The notes: a model not told the origin generated them from the sequence alone. A stretch of 64,000 bases of DNA from Alphaproteobacteria bacterium (GCA_965228895.1 OZ245842.1:2432001-2496000), one strand, 5' to 3'. Shown: positions 1 to 10,079, counted from the stretch's first letter. Translations and numbers: made by a program.

Positions 1-1435
1 GCCGAGCTTCGGAAACGGCCTGGCCGTGAAGGAAACCCTGCCCGACGGCACAACCGGCGTCGCCGTCACCTACACGATCCATCCCGACGCGACCTGGGCC
101 GACGGCACGCCGGTGACAACCGAAGACGTCCTGTTCACCTGGAACCTCGGCCGCGAACCGGCCGCAGGCTTTGTCGGACAGGAAGGTTACAGCGATATCC
201 TGTCGATCGACGTGAAGGACGAGAGAACTTTCACCCTTCATGTCAATAAATTGGACTATCAGTATCAATCTCTTAATGGTTTTGCTGTTTTGCCTGCTCA
301 CGTCGAGGGTTCGGCAATTGATGATCCCGAGAACTATCGCCACCAGACGGCCTTTGACCGCGACCCGACCAATCCGGGCCTGTGGAACGGCCCTTATCGC
401 GTTACGGCGGTCGAAACCGGCAGCTACATCGTGCTGGAGCGCAATCCCTATTGGTGGGGCGAAGAACCGCAATTCGACCGTATCACCGTCCGCTCGATCG
501 AGAACACGTCGGCGCTGCAGGCCAACCTCTTGTCCGGCTCTGTCGATTATGTCCCCGGCGAACTCGGGTTGTCGCTGGATCAGGGCATCTATCTGCAGGA
601 ACGCTTCGGCGAACGCTATGACGTCGTCTTCAAGCCCGGCCTGCAGTACGAGCACATCGACGTGCTGCTCTCCAATCCCATCCTGGCCGACGTTCGGGTT
701 CGCCGCGCCCTGCTCTACGCGGCCGACCGCGCGGCGATCGTCGCGAGCCTGTTCGACGGCAAGAACATCGTCGCCAACGGCTTCGTGCATCCGCTCGACC
801 CGATGCACGCGGATGACCTGCCGACCTATCCCTACGACCCCGACAAGGCGCGCGAGCTGCTGGAAGAAGCCGGCTGGACGACGATCGGCGCAGACGGCGT
901 TCGGCGCAACGCGGCCGGCGACCGGCTTTCGCTGACCTTGATGTCGACGGCCGGCAACTACGAGCGCGGCCTGGTCGAACAGGTCTTGCAGTACGAGTGG
1001 CGGCAGATCGGCATCGAGACGATTATCGAAAACCAGCCGCCCCGGGTTCTCTTCGGCAACACGATTTCGCGACGGGAGTACAAGGCGCTGGCCCTGTTCG
1101 CCTGGTTCAGTTCGCCCGAGAACCTGCCGAAGTCGACTCTTTACTCGACCCGCATCCCGACCGCCGAGAACGGCTGGTCCGGCCAGAATTACACCGGCTT
1201 CAGCGATCCCGAGGTCGACCGGCTGATCGATGAGGCCGAGGTCGAACTGGATGCGGACCGGCGCAAGGAGCTGTGGCGTCAGTTACAGGTGATCTACGCC
1301 GACCAGCTTCCGGTCCTGCCGCTCTATTTCCGTGCGTCCGCCTATGTCACACCCCATTGGCTGACCGGCGTTCGCCCGACCGGCAACCAGTTTCCGTCGA
1401 CACTGTGGGTCGAGGAGTGGCGCGCCAGTGACTAG
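1..1435 (+). CDS. Peptide/nickel ABC transporter substrate-binding protein (family 5), probably 5'-truncated by the window edge
   Basis: WADGTPVTTEDVLFT, NGPY, DVRVRRAL and YPYDPDKARELLEEAGW motifs; followed by two permeases; no signal peptide visible in the window. Confidence 0.9.
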   Translation, partial: PSFGNGLAVKETLPDGTTGVAVTYTIHPDATWADGTPVTTEDVLFTWNLGREPAAGFVGQEGYSDILSIDVKDERTFTLHVNKLDYQYQSLNGFAVLPAHVEGSAIDDPENYRHQTAFDRDPTNPGLWNGPYRVTAVETGSYIVLERNPYWWGEEPQFDRITVRSIENTSALQANLLSGSVDYVPGELGLSLDQGIYLQERFGERYDVVFKPGLQYEHIDVLLSNPILADVRVRRALLYAADRAAIVASLFDGKNIVANGFVHPLDPMHADDLPTYPYDPDKARELLEEAGWTTIGADGVRRNAAGDRLSLTLMSTAGNYERGLVEQVLQYEWRQIGIETIIENQPPRVLFGNTISRREYKALALFAWFSSPENLPKSTLYSTRIPTAENGWSGQNYTGFSDPEVDRLIDEAEVELDADRRKELWRQLQVIYADQLPVLPLYFRASAYVTPHWLTGVRPTGNQFPSTLWVEEWRASD

Positions 1436-1468
1436 CCAAACAGCATTCCCTGCCTGCCAGAGGCCGCC

Positions 1469-2431
1469 ATGCTGCGCTTTCTGATCGGCCGGTTGATCGG
1501 CTCCATGATCGTGCTCTTGGTCATGAGCCTGGTGATCTACCTCCTGATCGGTCTGATGCCGGGCGACCCGATCGATCTGATGTTCCAGGCCGACCCCACC
1601 ATCACGCCGGAGGATTTGGCGCAGCTGCGCGCCGTCTACGGCCTCGATCAGCCGCTCCTGAGCCGCTACGCCGCCTGGCTCGGCAACGCACTGCAGGGCG
1701 ATTTCGGGTTCTCGCGCAGCTACCGCCAGCCGGTTCTGGAAATCCTCGCGCCCCGCATGGTGAACACGTTGTGGCTGATGGGGATCAGCTTTGTCCTCTC
1801 GCTCGCCATCGCCATCCCGCTGGGCGTTTTGGCGGCCGTCAGACAGAACGGGCCCGTTGACCTGGGCGTCAACGTGGTCGCGCTCGCAGGCTATTCGGTG
1901 CCGGTCTTCTGGCTCGCGTTGCTGCTGATCTATTTCTTCGCCGTTGATCTCGCCTGGTTGCCGGCCGGTGGGTCGGGCGTCGACGCCAAAACCCTGTGGG
2001 GCAAGGCACAGTTCCTGGTCTTGCCGGTCGCGGCCTTGACCCTGACGGGCCTCGGCGCCATCACCCGGTTCATGCGCGGCGAGATGATCGAGGCGCTACG
2101 CCAGGACTATGTCCGCACGGCGCGCGCGAAAGGCCTTTCTTATCGCCGCGTTGTCATGGGCCATGCATTCCGCAACGCCATGATCCCGGTTGTCACGATC
2201 ATCGCCTTGGGTTTCGGCACACTTGTGTCCGGCGCGCTCGTTGTCGAGACCATGTTCGGCTATCTCGGCATGGGTAAGCTGATGTTCGATTCGATCCTGG
2301 CCAACGACTACAACGTCGCCCTGGTCGGCCTCTTGATCGCGACACTGCTAACCTTGGTCGCCAATATCATCGCCGATATCGCCTATGCCGCTCTCGACCC
2401 GCGCATTCGTTACGGCGGACGTCCGGCATGA
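1469..2431 (+). CDS. Peptide ABC transporter permease (OppB/DppB-like)
   Basis: MPGDP N-terminus, GDFGFS, EAA loop QDYVRTARAKGL, DPRIR end. Confidence 0.92.
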   Translation: MLRFLIGRLIGSMIVLLVMSLVIYLLIGLMPGDPIDLMFQADPTITPEDLAQLRAVYGLDQPLLSRYAAWLGNALQGDFGFSRSYRQPVLEILAPRMVNTLWLMGISFVLSLAIAIPLGVLAAVRQNGPVDLGVNVVALAGYSVPVFWLALLLIYFFAVDLAWLPAGGSGVDAKTLWGKAQFLVLPVAALTLTGLGAITRFMRGEMIEALRQDYVRTARAKGLSYRRVVMGHAFRNAMIPVVTIIALGFGTLVSGALVVETMFGYLGMGKLMFDSILANDYNVALVGLLIATLLTLVANIIADIAYAALDPRIRYGGRPA

Positions 2432-3327
2432 GCGAGATCGTCGTCCAAGGTCGACGCGGCCTGTTCGCACGCCTCAGCCAGCGTCCGGTCGCCATGTTGA
2501 GCGCCCTGGTCTTGGTCGTGTTCGCGGTCCTGGCCTTAATGGCGCCGCTGTTCGAGGTTTGGCTTGGCCACACCGCATCCGATGTCGATCTCGCCGGCCG
2601 TTTCGCCGGCCCCTCAGCCAGCCATCTCCTGGGCCAGGACGAGATCGGCCGTGACGTCTTTCTGCGGCTGCTTTATGGCGCCAGGGTGTCGCTTGCGACC
2701 GGCCTGACCGCCGCCGTTGCCTCGGCCATCATCGGCACCATCATCGGCCTGATTGCCGGCTACCGCGGTGGTTGGCTCGACGACTTCCTGATGCGCTGCA
2801 CGGACTCCGTCATCGCGCTGCCGTTGCTGCCGCTCTTGATCGTCTTGGCGGCGGTCGACCTTTCGAAGCTGGGCCTGGGCGACCTTGAGGGGTCGTCAAA
2901 TGCCGCGCGCATCGTCGTCATCGTGTCGCTGGTCAGTTGGACCACCGTGGCCCGCCTGGTGCGCGGCGCGACCTTGACCTTGCGCGAACGGACTTTCGTG
3001 TTGGCTGCCCATGCCCAGGGCGCCGGCGCCATGCGGATCATGACAAGCCACATCCTGCCCAACGTCTCTGGCCCGATCATCGTCGCGACGACGCTGGCCG
3101 TCGGCAACGTCATCTTGTTCGAGTCCGTCCTGAGCTTCCTGGGGCTGGGTATTCAGCCGCCCTTGGCGAGCTGGGGCAATATGCTGACCGACGCCCAGAT
3201 CCTGATCTGGCAGGCGCCGATGCTGGCGGTTTATCCGGGCTTGGCGATCTTCTTGACCGTGCTTGCCTGTAACCTGCTGGGCAACGGCCTGCAGGACATC
3301 TTCGACCCGCGCGCCGATCCGGCCTAG
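2428..3327 (+). CDS. Peptide ABC transporter permease (OppC/DppC-like)
   Basis: HLLGQDEIGRD, ARLVRG, HILPN, ESVLSFLGLG; ATGA overlap with upstream permease. Confidence 0.92.
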   Translation: MSEIVVQGRRGLFARLSQRPVAMLSALVLVVFAVLALMAPLFEVWLGHTASDVDLAGRFAGPSASHLLGQDEIGRDVFLRLLYGARVSLATGLTAAVASAIIGTIIGLIAGYRGGWLDDFLMRCTDSVIALPLLPLLIVLAAVDLSKLGLGDLEGSSNAARIVVIVSLVSWTTVARLVRGATLTLRERTFVLAAHAQGAGAMRIMTSHILPNVSGPIIVATTLAVGNVILFESVLSFLGLGIQPPLASWGNMLTDAQILIWQAPMLAVYPGLAIFLTVLACNLLGNGLQDIFDPRADPA

Positions 3328-3357
3328 CACCAAATCAGCCCCCGGTGACCACGGACA

Positions 3358-3385
3358 TTGACGGCACCTTAGGGTTTGTTATATC
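3358..3385 (+). promoter_or_regulatory. Putative sigma70 promoter of tRNA-Asn
   Basis: TTGACG at 3358-3363 and an AT-rich TTATAT stretch about 16 nt later, just upstream of the tRNA. Confidence 0.45.
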
Positions 3386-3401
3386 CCCCACATCCCACTG
3401 A

Positions 3402-3477
3402 TCCGCGGTAGCTCAGTTGGTAGAGCGGGTGGCTGTTAACCACTAGGTCATAGGTTCGAGTCCTATCCGCGGAGCCA
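3402..3477 (+). tRNA. tRNA-Asn(GTT)
   Basis: Cloverleaf: acceptor TCCGCGG/CCGCGGA, D arm GCTC..GAGC, anticodon arm GGTGG-CT GTT AA-CCACT, T loop TTCGAGT, encoded CCA. Confidence 0.97.
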
Positions 3478-3485
3478 ATTCGATC

Positions 3486-3519
3486 AAGGGGTTGGGCCGA
3501 AAAGGTCCAACCCCTTTTT
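3486..3519 (+). terminator. Intrinsic terminator hairpin after tRNA-Asn
   Basis: AAGGGGTTGG-GCCGAAAAGGT-CCAACCCCTT followed by a T run. Confidence 0.75.
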
Positions 3520-3549
3520 CACGGCTGCGGATTTTCAGGTCGAGCCCAG

Positions 3550-5274
3550 CTAAACCGCAATCGCCGTTTGATCGGCAGGGCCCGACAAATTGTCCCTTTT
3601 ACCGCCCCACCGGGCGCAGGACGCGGCAATCGGCGCTGACATGTAGACGACGGGAAAATCGACCCAATCCTTGCGCGACTGCGCGTTCTCCCATGATCGC
3701 CTGGAGACTTCCAGCAGGCGGGCGTTACCGCACTCGGCCAGCTCCATGTCAAGCCGGGACCGCTTGATCACCGAGCGCCAGTAGCAGTTGCCGATCGCCT
3801 GACGCCCCCGGGGGATCGAAAACGCCATGTTCCGTGAGCGATTCCATAACCGGTTCGGCACCGTCCCGCGGAAATCATCGCACAAACCGCGTTTCGCCAG
3901 AGCCTGCGATAGCGCAGTGTCAAAGACCCGTCGCGTCTTGGGCGACGCCAGGTCGGACTGCAGCCATGACGCCATCAGCTGACGCTGCATGAACGGGTAC
4001 GAAACCGGCAGGAACCAATCGCACAAATCGAACGTGTTCGATAACCAGCGCGACTGCATCCACTGCACCTTCAGCAACACGTAGGCGCGATGCGAACCGT
4101 GGTCTCGCTTGAGGTCGACGTAGAGATCCTCGACGTACTCCTTGATTGTCGCCCACTCTTTTTCATAGAGTTTCAAGTAGGCCCGGTTGTCGCCACGCTC
4201 CCGCAGCAAAAGAGACAGCACGACCCGTACGTCATTGGGGCCACCGAGATTCTCCAACCTCTTGCCGCGGAAGACATCGCCCAAGAAGCCAATTGACGCC
4301 CGGTCCGCAAACTTACTGGCATGGTCGAATGCAACGATATTGTGCGCCGTCTGCAAGCCGGAACAGCCGGCATGGAGCCCAACGACCTCGTCGGCGTACG
4401 TCTGAAGCGTCCAGTCCTTGTACGGCACGTCGATGAAGTCAAAACCCAGCTTGTGAGCCCGCTGCTTACCTCTCAGCATGTCCATGGAGAAGCTTTCACC
4501 AAACGTCACCGCACGCCCGGGGTGGGTGGCATGAGATAGCGCGATAAAAAGCGAGTCGCGTCCGCCAGACAGCATAAGCACGCTTCGATCGTCGTAGGCG
4601 TCCCGTTCGACACCGTTTTCGATCAAGCTTCGCAGGGACTCTGGGCTCCATGCCGGTGCGTCGACATCCAGCAGGCCTTCCAGGCCCGCACCGCGATCGA
4701 CGTGAACGTCAGCCTTCCCACTTGCATCGACGTGCGCCGTCAATCGTGCCGCCGGTGTCAACCTGTAGATGCCGGCAAAATGCATCTCTTCAAAGATTTG
4801 CTGGCGCCCAAACAACAGAGAAGCGACCGCGGTTTCGTTGAGGGCCGGCAGTTCCGGCAACGTGTCCAGAAGCAGGCCGAGATGTGTGCTGAAGTGGACT
4901 TGCCGCCCCCTCGTCGCGTAATAGATTGCCCCGGCGCCGAGCCAATCTGTTGCCAGTTCAACGCCGTTGCGCGTGAACGCGAGACGGGCGAACTTGCCGT
5001 CCAAGTCGGCGGCATCAGCCTGCGTCTTGTCGTCAAGCAAGCGGTTCTCGAAAAAGGGGCGGCCGGTGTACAAAACGAGAGAGGCTGAATTGTCGAGCAC
5101 CAAAGGCTCGGCGGCGTCGTGATCAACAAACGTTACGGTTGCCGATCCGACGTTTACGGTCGTCGCGGCATGCCCACAAATCGCCGTTGGCGCCGCAACC
5201 TCGCCTGACCCAGAACCCAGTACGCCAACAAACGCGCGCACAAACCGGTTCTGCCGTTTACCTGAGCCCGTCAT
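3550..5274 (-). CDS. Asparagine synthetase-like ATP-dependent amide ligase (divergent)
   Basis: PP-loop LSGGRDS; ATDWLG..IYY resembling the Ntn-domain DxxGxxPLYY motif; YPF motif near C-terminus; no N-terminal catalytic Cys. Confidence 0.65.
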   Translation of the reverse strand: MTGSGKRQNRFVRAFVGVLGSGSGEVAAPTAICGHAATTVNVGSATVTFVDHDAAEPLVLDNSASLVLYTGRPFFENRLLDDKTQADAADLDGKFARLAFTRNGVELATDWLGAGAIYYATRGRQVHFSTHLGLLLDTLPELPALNETAVASLLFGRQQIFEEMHFAGIYRLTPAARLTAHVDASGKADVHVDRGAGLEGLLDVDAPAWSPESLRSLIENGVERDAYDDRSVLMLSGGRDSLFIALSHATHPGRAVTFGESFSMDMLRGKQRAHKLGFDFIDVPYKDWTLQTYADEVVGLHAGCSGLQTAHNIVAFDHASKFADRASIGFLGDVFRGKRLENLGGPNDVRVVLSLLLRERGDNRAYLKLYEKEWATIKEYVEDLYVDLKRDHGSHRAYVLLKVQWMQSRWLSNTFDLCDWFLPVSYPFMQRQLMASWLQSDLASPKTRRVFDTALSQALAKRGLCDDFRGTVPNRLWNRSRNMAFSIPRGRQAIGNCYWRSVIKRSRLDMELAECGNARLLEVSRRSWENAQSRKDWVDFPVVYMSAPIAASCARWGGKRDNLSGPADQTAIAV

Positions 5275-5606
5275 TCACAACCAATCCTGCTAACGGCGCC
5301 TGAGGCCAAACCCTTCGGCGCCTTCACACACGGACATAAGCCGTCGGCTGCGTTTCCGGCTCGTTCGCCTACGTGCGCTCCCGTTCCGACGGAATCGATA
5401 CGCCGAAACAAAATCTGTGAACAAAGGTAATGCCAGCAGGCCGTCAAATGAAACTACTAAGAAGTTCGACCAACTACGATCAAAAGTGGTACACCCATAT
5501 TGGCAATACTGTCTGAGATCGCCTATGCAGGGGCGATAACGACTTGGCATGAGAGTGCACGTGGCGCCCAAGAATAAGCTTCGACTGTTCCCCTTAGTAA
5601 AGGTCT

Positions 5607-7166
5607 GTGCTCGCCGCGCCTGCCGTCTCTATATCGATGGCGGGACGCCGTACGCGCCATGGTGACGGTTTGAAGAGCATTCGGGGCAAAACGTCGTCGC
5701 AAACCATCGGCTGGATGGCGTGGGTCAGTGGCGGACAACTGATCAAGATGGTCGTCAGCGTGGGGTCGGTCGCCATTCTTGCGCGCCTGCTGACCCTGGA
5801 AGACTATGGTGTCTTCGCCGCCGCGATGATCTTTATCGGGATTGTGCAGTCTGGCCTGGTCCAGGGTGGGTTTCCCGCTGCGGTCATCCAGCGCCAGGAC
5901 CTGAAGCCGCTCCATATCCGCAACGCCTTCACCGGCATCTTGATCCTTCACGTCCTCGTCGGGCTGGCGATCTGGTTCGGCGCGGGCGCCATCGCCGACT
6001 TTTTCGCTATGCCGCCCCTGACGGACATCATGCGGGTGCTGTGTCTGACAATTGCGCTCAACCCGTTTCTGGCTGTGTCTTTGGCGTTGCTGAAACGGCG
6101 CAAACGGTTCCGTTTCCTCACCGTGACGAACCTTCTTTCGAACGTCGTTGCGAGCACGGCCGTGGCCATCGCGCTCGCATGGGCCGGCTATGGCGTTTGG
6201 TCCTTGGTCATCGCGAACATCACGTCAACGGTGTTGAGCGCGACCATTATGTTTGCCGCCGCGCACTTCAACCCGATCCCCATCATCACCGCGCATATGC
6301 GCGACCTGTTGAAAATGAGCCTCGGCATGAGTCTGGTTGGAGCCCTCAACATGTTTGCGGGTCAGGCCTCGAAGTTCGTCATCGGTCGCGCACTGGGGGC
6401 CGACGCCTTGGGTCTGTTCAACCGCGCCAGTCGGCTGATCGATTTTCCCTCGATGCTTCTGGGGTCGCCACAGGTTCTGTTTCCGGTCATGGCCGACATG
6501 AACGACGACCGGGCACGCATGGCCCGGGGCTTTCTGCGTTCGATTGCCTTATGCTCGCTTGCCGCGGTGCCGCTAACCGTTCTCCTCTTTCATGCCGCCG
6601 ACGGCCTGGTTACGCTACTGTTGGGTGGCCAGTGGCTTGCGGCTATCGGCCCCACGGCAATTCTGTCGCTAACCCTCGTCCTTATGCTGGGTGACAGGAT
6701 CGCCTCGGTTGTCTTCATGGCCCTGGGCACGGTTCGACAACTGATCCTTCGGCAAAGCATTTTTGCCGTGCTGGTCATCGTCGGTTCCATCATCGGCAGC
6801 CGCTGGGGTCTTGAGGGTGTTTGTGTAGCCGTCGTCGTCGCCTATGTGCTCAGCTACGCTCTGGCCATTCATCTCGTCAACCGTTTGCTGGACATCGGCT
6901 GGCGCCGCTTTGCCCGCGCTAATCTGCCGGGCCTGTTCCTCGCGCTTCCGGTCCTGGCGACCCTGATCCTTGGCGAAACCTTCGTTTGGTCAGACGTCCG
7001 GGCAATCTTCCTGTTCCCGATCGAGGCGGCCGCCACCGGCGTGGTCATCTATGGCGCATGCCTTATTAAGCCGGCCTGGTTTCTGGGGCCCGACGGCATC
7101 TGGCTGGTTCAGGAGATCAGCCGGCGCGTGCCGAGTCCGCTGCAGCGCTTGCTTCCCCGGGTCTAG
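5607..7166 (+). CDS. Polysaccharide flippase (Wzx/PST family)
   Basis: ILARLL..EDYG, AVIQR, GYGVWSLV, many TM segments; exact start uncertain. Confidence 0.88.
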   Translation: MLAAPAVSISMAGRRTRHGDGLKSIRGKTSSQTIGWMAWVSGGQLIKMVVSVGSVAILARLLTLEDYGVFAAAMIFIGIVQSGLVQGGFPAAVIQRQDLKPLHIRNAFTGILILHVLVGLAIWFGAGAIADFFAMPPLTDIMRVLCLTIALNPFLAVSLALLKRRKRFRFLTVTNLLSNVVASTAVAIALAWAGYGVWSLVIANITSTVLSATIMFAAAHFNPIPIITAHMRDLLKMSLGMSLVGALNMFAGQASKFVIGRALGADALGLFNRASRLIDFPSMLLGSPQVLFPVMADMNDDRARMARGFLRSIALCSLAAVPLTVLLFHAADGLVTLLLGGQWLAAIGPTAILSLTLVLMLGDRIASVVFMALGTVRQLILRQSIFAVLVIVGSIIGSRWGLEGVCVAVVVAYVLSYALAIHLVNRLLDIGWRRFARANLPGLFLALPVLATLILGETFVWSDVRAIFLFPIEAAATGVVIYGACLIKPAWFLGPDGIWLVQEISRRVPSPLQRLLPRV

Positions 7167-7287
7167 AACCGGTCCAGCTCGGCTGCGGGCACAACGCACA
7201 TCTCGCGAATTTCGGACAACGGTGGCAGAGTGCGCCTACCAGGCGCGCTCGGCTGGACCATCGCGCCGCGCGACGAGGAGAACGACG

Positions 7288-8133
7288 ATGACACGGGCAA
7301 ACATGGAAATCCGTCCGTTGACGCCCACGCTGGGCGCGGAAGTTCACGGTGTCGACCTGTCCCATGATCTTGACGACGAGACGTTCGATGACATCAGGCA
7401 GGCCCTGCTTGATCACCTGGTTCTGTTTTTGCCGGATCAGCGCATCGGCCCGGCGGACCAGCTCGCGTTCGCCAGGCGCTTCGGCGAGATCGAGTCGCCG
7501 CACCCCTATTTCGGCGTGGTCGATGATCAGCCGGAAATCACGGTCATCGAGCAGGACGGCACCCCAGACAGCGACTACAACGACGCTTGGCACACGGACG
7601 TGACGTTCCGCGCGGAACCGGCCATGGCGTCGATCCTGCACGCCCAGATCGTGCCGGCATCGGGCGGCGACACCTTATGGTCAAGCCTCTACGGACCCTA
7701 TGAAGCCCTATCGCCGTCGGTCCGCGGCATGATCGAGGACAAGGTGGCGACCCACGACTACTACAATTCCTTCGGCGAGATCGTTCTGAAAGGTCCCGGC
7801 GGCCTGGAGAAACTGCTGGAGGATGTGCGTCGGTTTCCGCCGGTCGAACACCCGGTGGTGCGTACCCATCCGGAGACCGGCCGTAAGGGACTGTTCGTCA
7901 ACCGCGTCTTCACGCATCGCATCAAAGGTATGTCCTGGGTTGAGAGCGACCACATCCTGCGCATGCTCTATGAGATCGCTGAGCATCCGAACCATCAGGT
8001 CCGCTGGCATTGGCGACCCTACGATCTCGCGATCTGGGATAACCGCTGCACCATGCACAACGCGACGTCTGACTTTACCGGTCACCGAAGGATGCATCGG
8101 ATCACGATCCTAGGCGATCGGCCCTATCACTAG
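7288..8133 (+). CDS. TauD/TfdA family 2-oxoglutarate-dependent dioxygenase
   Basis: LGAEVHGVDL, WHTDVTF, GGDTLW, HPVVRTHPETGRK, WDNRCTMH; RBS GAGGAG before ATG 7288. Confidence 0.92.
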   Translation: MTRANMEIRPLTPTLGAEVHGVDLSHDLDDETFDDIRQALLDHLVLFLPDQRIGPADQLAFARRFGEIESPHPYFGVVDDQPEITVIEQDGTPDSDYNDAWHTDVTFRAEPAMASILHAQIVPASGGDTLWSSLYGPYEALSPSVRGMIEDKVATHDYYNSFGEIVLKGPGGLEKLLEDVRRFPPVEHPVVRTHPETGRKGLFVNRVFTHRIKGMSWVESDHILRMLYEIAEHPNHQVRWHWRPYDLAIWDNRCTMHNATSDFTGHRRMHRITILGDRPYH

Positions 8134-8177
8134 AGCATAGTCAAGGCCGGCATCGGACCGGCAACGGAGAGACGGCC

Positions 8178-8402
8178 ATGGCCAAACGCTACCCTCTGCC
8201 GAAACGCTTCAGCGCGGCGCTGAGCGATGCAGCCTACGCGCGGCTGCGTGCGTTGAACGACCGATGGCAACTCGGCAACAACTACCTGCTCGTCGTGCTT
8301 TTGGAGCATCTCGACGAATACGCCGACCCCGAGAAACTCGACACGGTATTCAAGGATTTCATTGCGGAGTACGGCGCGCCGGCGCCGACAAAAAAGACCT
8401 GA
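8178..8402 (+). CDS. Small hypothetical protein, possibly ribbon-helix-helix-like
   Basis: GGAGAG RBS, host-like codon usage, beta-alpha-alpha pattern (KRFSAALSDAAYARL). Confidence 0.6.
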   Translation: MAKRYPLPKRFSAALSDAAYARLRALNDRWQLGNNYLLVVLLEHLDEYADPEKLDTVFKDFIAEYGAPAPTKKT

Positions 8403-8405
8403 CGG

Positions 8406-8855
8406 CTACTTGAGCGCTACCGACCGGCCCGCCCAGTCCGGGAGTTCCGGGACCGCGGCGGCCTGCATAGCTTCAAGCGTTTTTTCGTCGATAGGCGCCG
8501 TGCGGCCCGCGCGCGTGTCGAAGTGCAGCATGACACATTCGAATGTCGCACGTTCACTGCCGTCAACGCGCATGATCATGCCATAGCGGCAGCGCTTCTT
8601 GTCGACCTGGAACACCAGGGCCTCGAAGTCCATCACGGCGGGCGCGCGGATTTCGTTGAGGTAGCGCAAGTGGGTCTCGACCGTATAGAACGCGCAGCCG
8701 GTCCGTTCGAAGTAGTCGGCGCCGACCTTGAAATGGTCCATGAACGCCCAGGCCGCATCGGCGAAGCCGACGAGGTAGTAGCCTTCGTTCACGTGACCAT
8801 AGGGGTCGAGCCAGCCGTCCTGGACCGGTTCGCTAAAGAGTTTTTCGAGACTCAT
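8406..8855 (-). CDS. Thioesterase (4HBT/CdhB-like hotdog fold)
   Basis: WLDPYGHVNEGYY and YTVETHLRYL motifs. Confidence 0.85.
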   Translation of the reverse strand: MSLEKLFSEPVQDGWLDPYGHVNEGYYLVGFADAAWAFMDHFKVGADYFERTGCAFYTVETHLRYLNEIRAPAVMDFEALVFQVDKKRCRYGMIMRVDGSERATFECVMLHFDTRAGRTAPIDEKTLEAMQAAAVPELPDWAGRSVALK

Positions 8856-8915
8856 GTGGTTTCCTCACCCGGCGCTCTTTGAAGGCCGCAGGGTAAGGCC
8901 GGGCTGGTGAACCGT

Positions 8916-10079
8916 CTACTCGGCAGCCGTCAAATGCGATTGTGGGGTTTCGCCTTCCAGCGCCTGCATGACCAGCGTGTGGAAATGGTGGACCGCATGT
9001 TCGCTGATATGGCTGCGGTCGCGGTCGACGATGAAACGGCCGCGGTCGTAACCGCGCGACTTCAATCCCTTGAAGACGCTTTCGCACAGCGCGATATCCT
9101 CGGGCTGCAGGATGTCGTCGATATAGGCGATGGCGTCCGCGGCTTGCTTGGTCGTGGCACCGCCCAGGGAATGCCAGTCCAGCCGCTCGTGGCAGTGTTC
9201 GGGGCCATCAGGCAGCATCTGGAGCGTCATCAGGTTGGGTTCGCCCGGCATCAGCCAGATCGTCAGGTTGGGCCAGACAAAGAAACCGGCATAACCGAAG
9301 TCAACATCGCCGGGCTCGAACGCATAAGCGCTGCTGTCGCGGGCGTGCGGCTTGTCGGATGTCTGACACGACCAGTAGTCATGCACCCGGTTGCGGTAGG
9401 TCGGCATCTCGACCAGATCGACAAAGGCCGGATGCGCGGGTTCACAGTGATAGCACTCCTGGAAGTTATCGATGACGACCTTCCAGTTGGCGTGGAGGTC
9501 GTAATCCTTGCGGCACGCAAAGGCGAGCTGATCGGCGCGCGGCATGTAGTTGAGGATCTCCTCCTCAAGGCCAGCGTACTGCTCTCTCAACGCAGGCGCG
9601 TCGGGATCGAGGTTCACGAAGATGAGCCCCAGCATCGTTTCGACACGCACGGGTTTGAGGCCGAATTCCGCCTTGTCGAAACCATCGACGTTGTCACAAC
9701 CGCGCGCCGTTCTGAGCTTGCCTTCCAGGTCATAGGCCCAGGCGTGATAGGGGCAGGTCATGGTGAGCTTCAGGTTGCCCTCGCCTTCGACCAGCCGGTG
9801 GGCCCGATGCTGGCAGACGTTGTAGAACCCGCGCAGCACGCGATCACGACCGCGCACGAGCATGATGCCCTCATCGGCGAAATCGATGGCCATGTAGCTG
9901 CCGGACTCGGCAAGGCGGCTTTCATGACCGACAAAGAACCAGGACCGCGCGAAGATACGATCGTTCTCGCGCGCCAGGATGTCGGGGTCGATGTAGTACC
10001 GCGACGCCATCGTGTAGGACCGGCCGGGATCGGCATCGAGGCCGCCGGGCAGAGGATTAGAAGGTCCTGATGTTGTCAT
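8916..10079 (-). CDS. Rieske non-heme iron oxygenase alpha subunit (CntA/choline-carnitine monooxygenase-like)
   Basis: Rieske CQHRAH...CPYHAW; NWKVVIDNFQECYHCEPAHP; GGAG RBS before ATG 10079. Confidence 0.88.
   Translation of the reverse strand: MTTSGPSNPLPGGLDADPGRSYTMASRYYIDPDILARENDRIFARSWFFVGHESRLAESGSYMAIDFADEGIMLVRGRDRVLRGFYNVCQHRAHRLVEGEGNLKLTMTCPYHAWAYDLEGKLRTARGCDNVDGFDKAEFGLKPVRVETMLGLIFVNLDPDAPALREQYAGLEEEILNYMPRADQLAFACRKDYDLHANWKVVIDNFQECYHCEPAHPAFVDLVEMPTYRNRVHDYWSCQTSDKPHARDSSAYAFEPGDVDFGYAGFFVWPNLTIWLMPGEPNLMTLQMLPDGPEHCHERLDWHSLGGATTKQAADAIAYIDDILQPEDIALCESVFKGLKSRGYDRGRFIVDRDRSHISEHAVHHFHTLVMQALEGETPQSHLTAAE

Noticed and set aside
1-3327. Peptide ABC transporter lacking ATPase genes
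   Set aside because: The operon is cut by the window edge, so the ATPases may lie upstream
3550-5600. Asn-synthetase homolog as a lasso peptide cyclase
   Set aside because: No precursor with a YxxPxL...T leader and no B1/B2 (RRE/peptidase) genes nearby; a flippase neighbour points to glycan modification
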